From Fonticula-like sp. SCN 57-25 (Eukaryota), in the NCBI GenBank assembly GCA_001724245.1, contig MEDX01000009.1:1-64000 (forward strand): a stretch of 64,000 bases of DNA, given 5' to 3'. The notes under the pieces were generated by a model. It did no database searches and was not told the origin of the DNA. It saw nothing but the letters and a program-made list of their open reading frames with translations. This document shows positions 12,877 to 24,393 of this stretch, piece after piece. The stretch's first letter is position 1, and every line of letters starts with the position of its first letter. The translations under genes were made by a program, and so were the position numbers.

Positions 12877-14989
12877 ATGGCAACCGCGGCGGACAAGAAG
12901 CGCCTTGAGCAGAAGCAGGCGGCGATCCTTAATGATCTGCTCGCCCGCCCCGAGAACAAGGTCTGCGCCGACTGCGGCGAAAAGGGTATGTTTTTCTTGT
13001 TTCACTTGTTTTGGGGAAAGATTCCATTTCAGGTCCCTTACGAATCGTCGCTCTTTCCGTCCCCTTTCTTCACCAGGTCCTCGCTGGGCGTCATGGAACA
13101 TTGGTTGCTTCCTGTGCCTTCGCTGCGCCGGTGTTCACCGTCGCATGGGTGTGCACATCTCAAAGGTCAAGTCGGTCACGCTCGACACCTGGACCGAGGA
13201 GCAGCTCGAGGTACGCGCCAATGCGTGACGGCAGGGGTTGTAAAAGACCCTGCGCCGCCTCTGCACTCCCCTGTGTCACGCATGCCTTGCTCATATATTG
13301 ACTCGTTTTTTGCGTGTAGTCTATTCGTACGAAGGGCAACAGCATTGTGAACAACATGTACAACCCTGGCGATCGCCACGCCATGTCGTCCAAGACGGAC
13401 GAAAAGTATGATTTCCCCCTGACACTTTGGCGCATGCTGACCTGCTCGCAATAGTATTGTAGAGCTCTGGATTCGCGACAAGTATGAGCACAAGCGCTTT
13501 ATGAACTCTGGCGACCGCCTCGGCGTTCCCTCTGGCGCCACCGAGTCGCGGTCCCGCGGCAACTCGTTCAACCGCAACGACAACGCTGGTCAGATTAGCC
13601 GCCTGATTGATATGGGCTTCACCAACCGCGACCTGAACGCGGAGGCGCTCCGCCGCTCCAACGGCGACCTCAATGGCGCCGTGAGCTACCTCGTTCGCCA
13701 CCAGTCTGGTGCCGCGGCGCCCGCGGCCGCCGGCCCTGCCGCCGACCCTGCCGCCGTCACTGCGATCATGGGAATGGGCTTCAAGGACGAGGCTCGCGTC
13801 CGCAACGCCCTCAAGGAAACGCACGGCGACGTCCCCAAGGCCATCCAGCTCCTCAGCCAGCCCGCTGTTGCCGCCGCGGCCCCCAAGCCGGCTCAGAATA
13901 ACAACCTCTTTGGCGGCGACGACTTGTTCGGCTCCGCCCCGGCCCCGGCTGCCTCCAAGCCGCAAGCGCAGGCTTCGTCGGGCGCCGACTTTTTCGGTGC
14001 CGCCACTGCTCCGGCCGCCGCTAACGCCGGCTGGGGAGACGATCCGTTTGGCATGGCCCCCGCCGCCGCCAAGCCCGCCGCTGCGAACCAGACGTCGGCC
14101 GATCTCTTCCAGGGTGCGCCGCCTTAACTAAACGTGTTCATTGGTTGCTGATTGGGATTGCCTTTTGCGTATTCAGAGTTTGCCGCTGCCTCGGCCGCCC
14201 CGCCGCCCAAGGCCTCCAAGAACGACATCATGAACCTCTTTGGATCGGCCCCGGCCCCCGCCGCCGCCGCTCCCGTACGCCACTCTCTGTCTCTTTGCCG
14301 CGCGGTCTGCTGACTTCCCCGTTTTGCAGCCGAGCATGTTTGGTGCCCCGCCGCAGCAGAACGCCTTTGGCGCGTCGCCGTTTGGCGCCGCCCCGCCGCA
14401 GCAGGACGCGATCGGCGATGCCTTTGCCCAGCAGAACGCCTTTGGCCAGCCCGCCCAGGGCCCCTATGGCCAGCAGAACGCCTTTGGTCAGGCCCCCGCC
14501 GGCAACTTTGGCCAGCCTGCCCCCGGTGCTTACGGCGCCAACCCCTTTGGCGGCGCCCCTCAGCAGCAGCAGCCCGCCGGTTTCGGTGCCAGCCCGTTCG
14601 GCGCCGCTCCCCAGCAGCAGCAGCAGCCCGCCGGGTACGGCGCCAGCCCGTTCGGTGCCGCTCCCCAGCAGCAGCCCGGCTATGGTGCCAGCCCGTTCGG
14701 CCAGGCCCCCCAGCAGCAGCAGCAGCCCGGATACGGCGCCAGCCCGTTCGGCCAGGCCCCCGCTGCCAATGTACGTTGCAGTCATTGAGGCTCTGTTTTT
14801 CGTGTCGCTGACGCAGTTTCGTCTCTCCTGTAGCCTTTCGGCGGAGCTCCCGCTGGCTACCCTGCGCAGAACAGCAATCCGTTCGGCGCTGCCCCCGCTC
14901 CTCAGGCGGCGCCCGCGGCGGGAAACCCCTTTGGCTCGCCCGCGGCTCCCGCTGGCAATGATCCTTTTGGAACTCTCATGTGGAAGTAG
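12877..14989 (+). CDS. ArfGAP with two UBA domains and an NPF/FG-rich tail (SMAP/Gts1/Ucp3-like)
   Basis: [36 protein letters not shown] motifs LIDMGF and MGMGF. Tail has [11 protein letters not shown] and repeated ASPFG/NPF units. Confidence 0.92.
14340..14770 (+). repeat. Coding tandem repeats ([17 protein letters not shown]) in the ArfGAP tail
   Basis: Repeated GGCGCCAGCCCGTTCGG...CAGCAGCAG units. Confidence 0.85.
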
Positions 14990-15388
14990 AACGGACGCCC
15001 TGCTTTGCAAGTATCCGACCCTAAAATTAGCCCATGCTGAGTGAATCGCTGTTCTTTCTCTTTCGTTCAATATTATATCCCTTGTAGTTTGTTTGTTGTT
15101 GCGTTCATGGTCTTTTTTCTTCCTTGTTCCATGGTCTTTGTGACTTGCCGGGACAAGGGGGCTGCCGCGCCCCGGCGTGTGCGCGCGCCTCGATCTCAGC
15201 AACGTTGATAGTTTTCCTTTTACCCACACGCCTGTGCCACAAAGAGCCGCACTCGGGTTTTTGACCGTGTGAGGCCGCGCTGAATAACAATGCTTGTCCA
15301 TTTACATTCTTGTGTACAATTCAACTCGTGTGGGATAGTATGGCATATGAGTACAAGGAGCACTCGCTGTGGCTGCGTTGATAGTTTG

Positions 15389-16168
15389 TTACCTTGCGGT
15401 CCAGCCTCCGTCCACCGGGAGGCTGACGCCAGTCATGTTGGAGGCGGCGTCGGTCATGAGGAACACGGCCAGCGCGCCGATCTGATCCGCCTCGACGAAC
15501 CTCTTTGTCGGCTGCTTGTCGGCAAGTAGGTCCTCGGAGGCATCATGAATAGACATGCTCTTTGCCGCCGCGCGCGCCTCGATCTGCTTCTCCACGAGCG
15601 GGGTGCGGACCCACCCGGGGCAGATCGCGTTGCATGTAATGTTGAAGGCGGCCAGGTCCAGAGCGGTCGCCTTTGTCAGACCGATGACGCCGTGCTTCGC
15701 CGCCACGTACGCTGACTTGTGGTCCGACGCAACAAGGCCGTGGACCGACGCGACGTTGACGATGCGGCCAAAATTGCGGCTCTTCATGCCGGGAAGAACG
15801 GCCTTGGTCGCGTGAAACACGGCGCTCAAATTGATGCGGATGATGCGATCCCACTGGTCGTCCGGGAACTCGGAGATGTCGGACACAAACTGCACGCCGG
15901 CATTGTTGACAAGCGCATCAACAGAACCAAAGCGCTCCTCCGCAGTACGGATCAGGTCGCGAATCTCGCTCGGAGCCTCCATGTTGGCCGGGTGGTAGGC
16001 GACCTGCGTCCCCTCGCGACCGACAACCTCCAGTGAGGACGCGATTTGCTCCTCTGTACCAAAGCCGTTGAGCATGACATTCGCGCCCGCGCGAGCATAC
16101 TGCGTCGCAATAGCGAGACCAATGCCGCTCGTGCTTCCGGTAATGACAGCGGTGCGACCTGCCAACAT
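15389..16168 (-). CDS. bdhA: D-3-hydroxybutyrate dehydrogenase, bacterial type (SDR), intronless
   Basis: TGSTSGIG, VMLNGFG, NNAGVQ, SVHGLVAS..KSAYVAAKHG, ICPGWVRTPLVEKQI, KQP, VDGGWTA. Confidence 0.93.
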   Translation of the reverse strand: MLAGRTAVITGSTSGIGLAIATQYARAGANVMLNGFGTEEQIASSLEVVGREGTQVAYHPANMEAPSEIRDLIRTAEERFGSVDALVNNAGVQFVSDISEFPDDQWDRIIRINLSAVFHATKAVLPGMKSRNFGRIVNVASVHGLVASDHKSAYVAAKHGVIGLTKATALDLAAFNITCNAICPGWVRTPLVEKQIEARAAAKSMSIHDASEDLLADKQPTKRFVEADQIGALAVFLMTDAASNMTGVSLPVDGGWTAR

Positions 16169-16751
16169 CTTTGTCAGATCTTTGTTTGGCTCGGGTGATG
16201 ATCGACTGACCACGTGGCCAAGATTACACAGTGCATTTGTTTGAATAAAGTACAACCAACCCCGGCGACCGCAACGGCAATCAAAATATGGCATATCCAT
16301 ATATATCCTACTCTAGGTTATAAAGCAAACACATGTCATAAGAGTTTGCGGCTGGAATACTCTCTGGTTTACCACAAACGAGCCTCAAAGTCGGACGCAT
16401 TTTGATGTTTGAGGTCGATATACTAGGTGAAATGGCTTGACGCCCAATACATGAGCCTAAGGGAGGCATATCTGCCTCATACAGATGGGTAGGTTCAAGT
16501 GCTACCAAAAACACGCAAAAACACCTCTACAAATATAAAAATGAAAAGAACTTCCATGGCAGGATCAAAGTCACCATATGTGATATAGTGAAAAGTAGCT
16601 ATACTAATTTTCGCGTTTTCGGCCTTCTACGTCAAACACCTAAATACAATATTGTGATAGATATATTTTTTTCCTACTCGGTGCATTAATGCGCATTGCT
16701 TCACGTATCCTATTCACCGAGTAATAGCGGCCCGAAGGAAAAAAAGCCACA

Positions 16752-16799
16752 AAAATCAACGCAAATCAGTCAGCAAATCAGCAAAATCAGCAAAATCAG
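16752..16799 (+). repeat. Short tandem repeat of (C)AAA(A)TCAG-like units, about 5 copies, upstream of RIOK3
   Basis: aaaatcaac gcaaatcagt cagcaaatca gcaaaatcag caaaatcag. Confidence 0.7.
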
Positions 16800-16862
16800 T
16801 GTTGGTGTTGCGTCACCGTCAACTTTTTGCTGACACAGTTCTCTGCGCACACGGCCGACATC

Positions 16863-19053
16863 ATGGCGACGCCCCCGACCACCGAAGAGCCCATTTCTGC
16901 CGCGGAGACACCGCCCATTTCCACCCCCGCTGCTCCCAAGCAGTGGTCCAAGCGCGAGTGGGCCAAGCCTTCCTTTGCTGACATCATGGTAGAGCAGCAG
17001 GCTAGTCGGCGGGACGCGCAGCAGCACGTGCGCCATCCTCGGCCATCACATATGCCTGTCACGTACTCATGTTGTCTTTGCAGGCCACTATTTCTGATGG
17101 CGCGGAAGATGACCCTGATCTTGCCCTGGCGCTTCGACTGTCACTGGCCGAGGCCGAGTCGTTGGCCGCAGAGAGCACCGCCTTCGCCGAGAGCAATGCT
17201 GTCGCCGAGAGCTCTGCATCCGCCGCTGCGACCGAAGAAGATGCCGATCTTGAGCTCGCTCGCCGTCTACAAGCGGAGTGGAATAGTGAGGACCAGGGTG
17301 CTTTAGATGGCGGTGCGGTGGTGATCCCCCCGGAAGAGGACACGACGAACGACGACTTTGTCGCCGCGCTCAAGCTGCAGGCAGAGTTTGACGAGGAGCT
17401 GAGGCGGTACGAGGCCCGAATCCACGGCAATCAGAGAGGTGCGCGGTGGCCAAAAAGGAAAAATGCAATGAAAAAACCTACTTTATGCTCATCTTTTGCT
17501 TTTAGTCAATTTGACTTCTCAGCGGCTTCGCGAGTCGCTTAGCGGCATCCGGGACGACCCCGACGACCTGAGCGAGCAGCTTCGGCGCATTGACGATGCC
17601 ACATTTGCGCGCGTGCTCAAGACCATTGGGGACAGCGTGGGCGTCACCGAGCAGGGCGAAGAGGAAGCGGAAGAGGAGGAGGAGGAGGACGGCGAGGGGG
17701 GCGAGGCGGCGCCTGCCGCAGCCCAGCGGCGACTCAAAAAGAACATCACTACCAAGCATGATATCCCCATAACGACACGGCGAAACGCCAAAAAGCTTGA
17801 AAATGTGCGCTTTATAAAGAGTATCGTCGTGGCTAACGTGTTTCGTAGCTGAATATGTTTTCGGGCAACACTGTGGACGAGAAAGAGCTCCGCGTGAGCA
17901 ATCGGATTTACAACACGCTTCGCGAGCATTCTCAAAAGTCTGCCCCCAAGAATTCGGCCAAGATGCACGGCAAGGAAGACGTGGCGACGCACCAGCGCGT
18001 GCTTGACCCGCGCACGCGTCTCATTGTGCGCACCGCGTGCTTGTTTGCGTCCCTCTAACGTGATGCGCAGCTTCTTAAAATGTTCAATGCTGGGACGCTT
18101 CTCGACCTGGAGGGCATTGTGAGCACTGGCAAAGAGTCGAACGTGTATGGCGCAATTGCCGGAATGTGCGTCACTTTAAAAGCTTTTCTTCTGCTGACGC
18201 ACTTTGCGCACTTTTCAGCGACGAGAGCGAGGAGCAGGACGGCTCGATTGTGCGCGAAGTGCCCGCCGTGATCAAGGTTTTCAAGACGACGCTTGACGAT
18301 TTTCGGAATCGCTCCGAGTACATCCGTGACGACCCGCGCTTTGCGAACCGCCTGAGCAAGCACAACGCGGGTAAGCTGGTGAAGCTGTGGGCCGAGAAGG
18401 AGATGTACAACCTGAACCGCATGCAGCGCGCCGGCATCCCGTGCCCGCACGTGCTGGCGTACCGCAAGCACGTCCTCGTGCTCTCGCTGATCGGCACGGA
18501 CGGCCAGCCCGCGCCAAAGCTGCGCGACGCAGTTGACGCGCTCTCGGCGGCCGCCGTGACGCGCCTCTACCGCGAGTGCATGCTGCTCGTCAGGAGTCTT
18601 TACCAGGACGCGCGGCTTGTTCACGCCGACCTCAGCGAGTACAACATTCTTTACCACGAAGGGCGGCTTGTCTTTATCGACGTGTCGCAGGCGGTCGACA
18701 TTACGCACCCTCGCTCGCTCGTCTTTCTGCACCGCGACCTCACTATCATGCGCACCTTTTTCGCCAACCGCAACGCGAGCGGAGTGCTCTCGCCGCTCCA
18801 GATGATTGCTTTTGTCACGGATATGCGCGAGGACGCCGACAAGCTTGACGACTATGACGCGCTCGCCGAAGAGGCGCGCCAGCGCGTCAGCAGGTCGGGA
18901 CTCGCCGTCGATGTGGACGAGCGGCTCACAGAGAACCGCTCTACGGACGCCGAGGAGCTCGTGCGCGTCATGGAGGTACTTTTGCCAAACTACTGGCCGC
19001 CGCGGCTCGTCGACGAGCACGAGCACGTGGACGAGGGCACTGTAATTGTGTAA
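16863..19053 (+). CDS. RIOK3: RIO kinase 3-like atypical kinase
   Basis: RIO domain (STGKESNVY, LWAEKEMYNL, LVHADLSEYN, IDVSQ). RIO3-type N-terminus with SFADIM, LQAEFD, TTKHD...RRNAKKLE, NRIYNTL. Confidence 0.88.
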
Positions 19054-19129
19054 GAGAATGGGAATTCATGTCTATACAATACAATACATTTTATTAGACT
19101 ATACATGGTGGGATAATGTGATACACTGG

Positions 19130-20736
19130 CTACGCTGCGCTGCGAGCGCGCCGCTTTACAAAGTCGACCACCTTTTCGTGCCCCGCAGCGGACACGACGA
19201 GCATCCCGTTGCCGTTGTGGAGCGCCGAGTAGAGCAGCACGTCGAGGTCGTTCGCGTACGCGCGCGTGGCCTCGTACTCTGAGAGGCTCGAGAAAGAGTC
19301 GTACAGCACGCCCGCCTGCGGGTTGATGCGGTCGCGCTCCGACTGCCACAGGCGGATCTGGTCGGCGACCGTCGGCGGGATCCAGTGGGCGCGCGTGCGC
19401 GCCTGCGGGTGGCTGTTGGTCCGCAGGTAGCCGAGGATCTGCTCGGCCGTGATGCCCTTGAGCAGCGCCGCGCGGATGCTCTCGCGGCGAATGGTGAGCA
19501 CGGCCATGTTGGCGAAGCGGTAAATCAGGTGGCAAAAGTGCTGCAGGATGGCGATTTGGAGAGGCGAGTCTATCAAAACAAGTTAAAAAGGGCGGCGCGG
19601 CGGCTGTGGCGTACCAGTGTACGCATAAACGCGATAGTTTGTCTCGACCACAATGAAGCCTTCCTCCTCTTGCGAAGGCGCGTTCGTCACGCCTGATATC
19701 AAAGTCGTCGCAAGGCGCGTCGGGTAGTACGACCGCGAGTCGGGCTGCGCGGGCGTCAACTAAAACCATAAAGAGAATATAAATGTGCGCACCTTTCGCC
19801 GGTAGATAAGCCCAAAGTCCTTGAGGTCCTCCAGCAATGTCAGCTGCACGTCATTGAGGCCCCGCACGTCATACTGTCGCCCGAATGTCATGCTGCCCAG
19901 CTGCAGCAGAAAATTAACCACGTCCGTTCGATCCATATTTAAATCCTAAAAAAAGGTCAGCAAAAGGACCGCGGTCATCTTTGAGGGCAACTCGTACCTT
20001 GGCCATGTCGACGTATTGCAAAAGAAAGGCCCACACCTGCTCGTTGACGCTCTGCAGGAGGAATTGAAACCCTTTGGTGGTGATCTCTAGCTTGCCATGG
20101 CTACCACTGCCGCCCACAATTAGCACGGTGGGGTATCGCGAGTGCGGGGATGCGGGATCGTACGTGTCCGTCATCAAATTTGATCTTGTCAGGAGGCTGC
20201 GGACGCCGTCCGAAGGGTTGACGACGGCCGGGATGCCGACCATAAAGTACAAAATGCTTTCCCACCGGTCCTTTGCTGTCTTCTCCAGGATGGCTTCTAT
20301 TGACGCGCCCGACGACGACTCCCTTTCCTCCCCGCCGTACGCCACGCCAAAGCTCTCTGCCGGCCCTGAGCCGAGCAGCGCCGCCTCAAAGTGCCGCCGA
20401 AAGGTCGGCGAGAGGGATACCGTGTCATTACTCATCACGCAGACGCGCAAAGAAACAAGGCGTGAGAGAGCGGCCTCTGCCACAGAAAGCGACTGGGGCT
20501 GGCACCATGCCAGCACCGACGCCTTTGGGATCGCGCCGAGCGTCAGCATGCGGTAGACAAACATCTGACCGAGGCCGGGGAGCGCCCGAAACACAGCCAG
20601 GCATGTCGCCGGCTGCACAAAGAGCCGCTCAACAGTGCTGCCATTGAGCCCTTCCAGGAACTAGACCAGTGTCAGCGTGCGTGAGGATCAAGGCGGGGTG
20701 GTAGCGCACCTGGAACACGGGCGCCACCGTCGACAT
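19130..20736 (-). CDS. GTF2H4: TFIIH subunit p52/Tfb2
   Basis: [52 protein letters not shown]. Confidence 0.97.
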
Positions 20737-20953
20737 GCTCGGCCAGCTTGCCGCGCTCGGCAAATTGGATGGCCTAGTCAAATCACTGCGAATCAACAGT
20801 TCATTCGTTGATTGCTTGTCTACAAATCAGACGTGTTGCAGGGCGGTGCCAGCATAAACATCAACCGGTCGATCTTTACAGCGACGCGCTTCGCCTGCAT
20901 TCCTGATCTTTAGGCATAGTAGATAGTTGCCGCGAGGAGGGGGCTCGAGCGGG

Positions 20954-23900
20954 ATGGTGCGCAGGCGTACTCGAAGCACAATCTTTTCGCTAAGCGCGCT
21001 GGTGCCCATTTCTAGTCGTTTGCGGCGTATTCGTTCGATGTTTTGCAGGACGGCCGCGATCTGCGCGGCAAAACCGCCTTTGAGTCTTGCGTGACGGTCG
21101 ACAACAGCTTTTATCTTGGAACGTCGGACGGGCAGATATTCTTTTATGGCATCGAGCGCGTGACAACAAACGGACGGGTATGACATGACGTGCTCGAGGT
21201 GAGGTCGCGTGCTAACCGTGCGGTCCCTGATAGAATCACTTTGAGACCAAGCTAGTAAAAAAGGTGCAGCTTTCCGCAAAGAAGCCCGTCACATGGCTCG
21301 GCGTAGTTAATACCTCGACGCGGAAGCTGCTGGCGCTATGCGGTTCGTCGGTCTCTGTGTCACTTGAACGAATCCTCACACGATTGCCTAGACGGTTCGC
21401 TCCACTTTCTGCATCCGGCCTCGCTGGCGCCTATGCCCAACCTCAAGCCCCTGAGCAATGTGTCGTGTGTGTGTTTCAATGAGAGGGACAAGCAGTTTGG
21501 CCAAGTCGTGATTGCGAGGAAGAAGACGATACAAGTGTGCGAGGTGGCCGAGCGCCTCAACGTCGAGCATGTACGCTGCCTTTCCCTTGCGCTGCCTTTA
21601 CTCATCCCTGTATGCAGGAGGTGAATATCGCCCGCGCGCCAATAGCCATCTGCGCGTACGGCGACACGGTTATTTATAGCGACGGCGTAAACTACTACTC
21701 GGTTGACCTCGACTCGTCCGAGGAGACGGAGATTGCGCCCTTCTCATCTTTCGTGGACCCCGCTGCTACCGCCGCTGGCTCTGCGCAGACGCCGCAGCAC
21801 CGCCCGCAGCTCAAAATCATCCTTGGCGCAGAGGCGCTGGTCGCCTCCGTTTCGAATGGTACGCGCTCCCTTTTTCGCATTGCCTCGCCAACCTTTTTTT
21901 TTTCAGAGGTCGGCCTTGGGATATTCGTCTCGTTTGACGGCAACCCGACGCGGTCCACGCTGACGTGGGAGGACTACCCGCGCGCCGTCGGGATGCGATT
22001 TCCGTACGTTCTTGGCGTACTACCCAACTGCGTACAGGTGCACTCGCTCGTGTTCCGTGGCGAGAACAAGGTGCAGCAGACGATCCCGCTGCCGACCGAC
22101 TCGGAGGGCGTCTCGCTGACCGAGTACAAGGGCCGCGTCCTCGTCGTGTCCACCAAGGCGATATTCATGCTCACGCCGGTGCCGTTCGATACCCAGATCG
22201 ACACGCTGCTGCGCGTGAAGCAGCTGGACGACGCGCTGTCGCTCGCCGAAAAGGTGCCTCGCGCCGAGGATGCGGGCGACAACGGCGAGCGGCGGAGGCA
22301 GCGCATCCGTCTCGTCTGTCAAAAGGCGGGCTTTATTGCGTTTGGCGACGCGCAGTTTGCCGACGCCCTAAAGTACTTTAGCGCCGGCGGCGTCGATGTC
22401 CGCAACCTACTGTGCCTCTTCCCGCGCGTGTACCCGGTGCAAGAGGACGAAACTCGCGTGCGCTTCCGCGAGACGTACGCGTACGACGACGTCAACGATG
22501 TTGGTACGTGCGCGGTATAAAGTTCACCCGCGCTAACCACTGATTGGTCAGTTGCCCGCGCGGCGCAACACACGGACGACACGGAAGGGGTGCTGGAGCG
22601 CGCCTACTCGACTCTGGAAAAGTATCTCTTGTCGCTGCGGGGGACCGAGCAGGGCGCCTCGCTGGCAGAGACGATCGACACGAGCATTGCAAAGGTGTAC
22701 GCCGAGGTGCAGTCGCCATCACTCTACACCTTTTTGGAGCAGCCGGCGGCGCTCTCGCTCGCTGACCTGGAGCCGTACTTTAGCGCGCGTGGGGTGCGTT
22801 TTGCTGACATGTATTTTGTTTTTTGCTCACACACACGCAGCTTCACTATGCGCTGTCGCTGCTGTACCGCCGCTTCTCGCAGGCGGAGCGCGCGCTTGAC
22901 ATCTGGACGCGGCTCGCAAGCGGCGAGATCAGGGACGCCGCCTTCCCCGGCGTCGGCGTCATCGTGGCGTACCTGCAGACGCTGCGGCAGCGCGACATTG
23001 TATTCAAGTACGCAAAGTGGCTGCTGGCGAGCAGCAATCCCGCGACCGCGCTGCTCGGCGCCGACGTGTTTATTGGCGAGAACGCCGCACTGTTCAACCC
23101 GCTGGAGATTCACGAGCTCATCAGGGCGTACGGTGTCGGCCCGGAGAAGCGCTACCTATCGTACCAGATCAATGAGCTGAGCTCAATGGAGGAGACTTTC
23201 CACACGCGATACGCAACAATTCTTGTGAACGCGCTGCGCGTGGACGCCACCGGCGCTGACGAGCCGCGTACGAATTGTTTTTTTTTCTTTTTGTGTGATT
23301 GGCTGACAATTCTTCTTTGCCAGGCGACTTTAATATCAAGGCCTTTAAGGAGATGGGTACGAAAGGGAATGTCTGTTCTTTCTGTGTCTAACCATGCCCT
23401 TCATAGATAATGCCTTTGCTGTGCGCGGCGACGCGACGCAGTCTTTTGAGGGGATGCTGGAGGAGCGCCGCGACGCCTTTAGCCGCGCTCGCCTTGAGCT
23501 TATCGGCTTTCTGAGGGTGCGCACGGTTCTCTCGCCTCTCTTTCGAATCTCATCTCCATTACGCAGTCATCGCACCGGTATCGCGCTGCGACGCTGTGGG
23601 AGCTCATCGCCGACGTTGAGGAGATGCGCCTTGAGCAGGCACTTTTGCACTCGCGCATGAACCAGCACGAAAAGGCGCTTGACCTTCTCGTGCTCAAGCT
23701 GCACGACCACACGGGCGCGCTGCGGTACTGCCACGGCGACGGCGACAACTACCTTGACCCAGCGGCGCGCCGCGCGTACCGCCGCCAAGTGTACCTCGCG
23801 CTGCTCAAGGTGTACCTGTCTTCACCAAAGTGCGTTTTTAAGGATTATTTTTTTTAAAGATTTGGCGTGCTTACATCGTTTCGCAGGTCGTCAGAGGACT

Positions 23901-24313
23901 ATACTGAGCATGTGATGCGGCTGCTGGACGAGCACCTTACCGAGCTGGACCCCGCCAAGGTGCTCGAGCTGCTGCCCGACAGCTGGCACCTGCAGGCGCT
24001 GCGCACCTTTCTGCTGCGGTCGGTGCACCGCTCGCACCACGAGCTGCGCGACGCACAGATCCTGCGCGGTGTCGAGCGCTCGCTCAACATCCAGACGCGG
24101 ACCGAGCTCGCCGAGCTGCAGCGCACGAGCTTTGTGGTGACTGAGCTGACGGGGTGCGGCGTCTGCCACCAGTCGCTCGCGGGCGTCGTCATGGTGCGGT
24201 ACCCGAACGGGCTGCTCGCGCATATGCACTGCGCGCGCGACAAGTCGGTCTGCCCGGCGACGGGGGTCGACTTTAAGAAGCGGCCATGGCGCGCGCCTCA
24301 CGAGCAGCAGTAG
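20954..24313 (+). CDS. TGFBRAP1: CORVET subunit TGFBRAP1/Vps3 (Vps39 family: CNH domain, clathrin-like repeat, C-terminal Zn finger)
   Basis: FYLGTSDG CNH start, GLGIFVS...FPYV, KAGFIAF...F..GGVDVRNLLCLFP, and C-terminal CGVC...RYPNG..HMHC. Confidence 0.82.
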
Positions 24314-24393
24314 AGTTGGAGTGGGGCGGGATAGAGAGGCGATTTGTGTGTATATATAGCATAATATTACATGAACAACAACAACAACATTGC

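Noticed and set aside
13021-13076. Upstream CAG|GTCC decoy acceptor in ArfGAP intron 1
   Set aside because: Its use would shift the frame by 44 nt, and there is no evidence it is used without RNA data.
15389-16300. 303-aa N-terminally extended BDH ORF from the ORF track
   Set aside because: The extension runs through promoter sequence containing the E-box; homology starts at MLAGRTAV (16168).
16357-16372. ATACTCTCTGGTTT resembling the U5 snRNA 5' end
   Set aside because: No invariant loop I (GCCTTTTAC) or Sm site follows.
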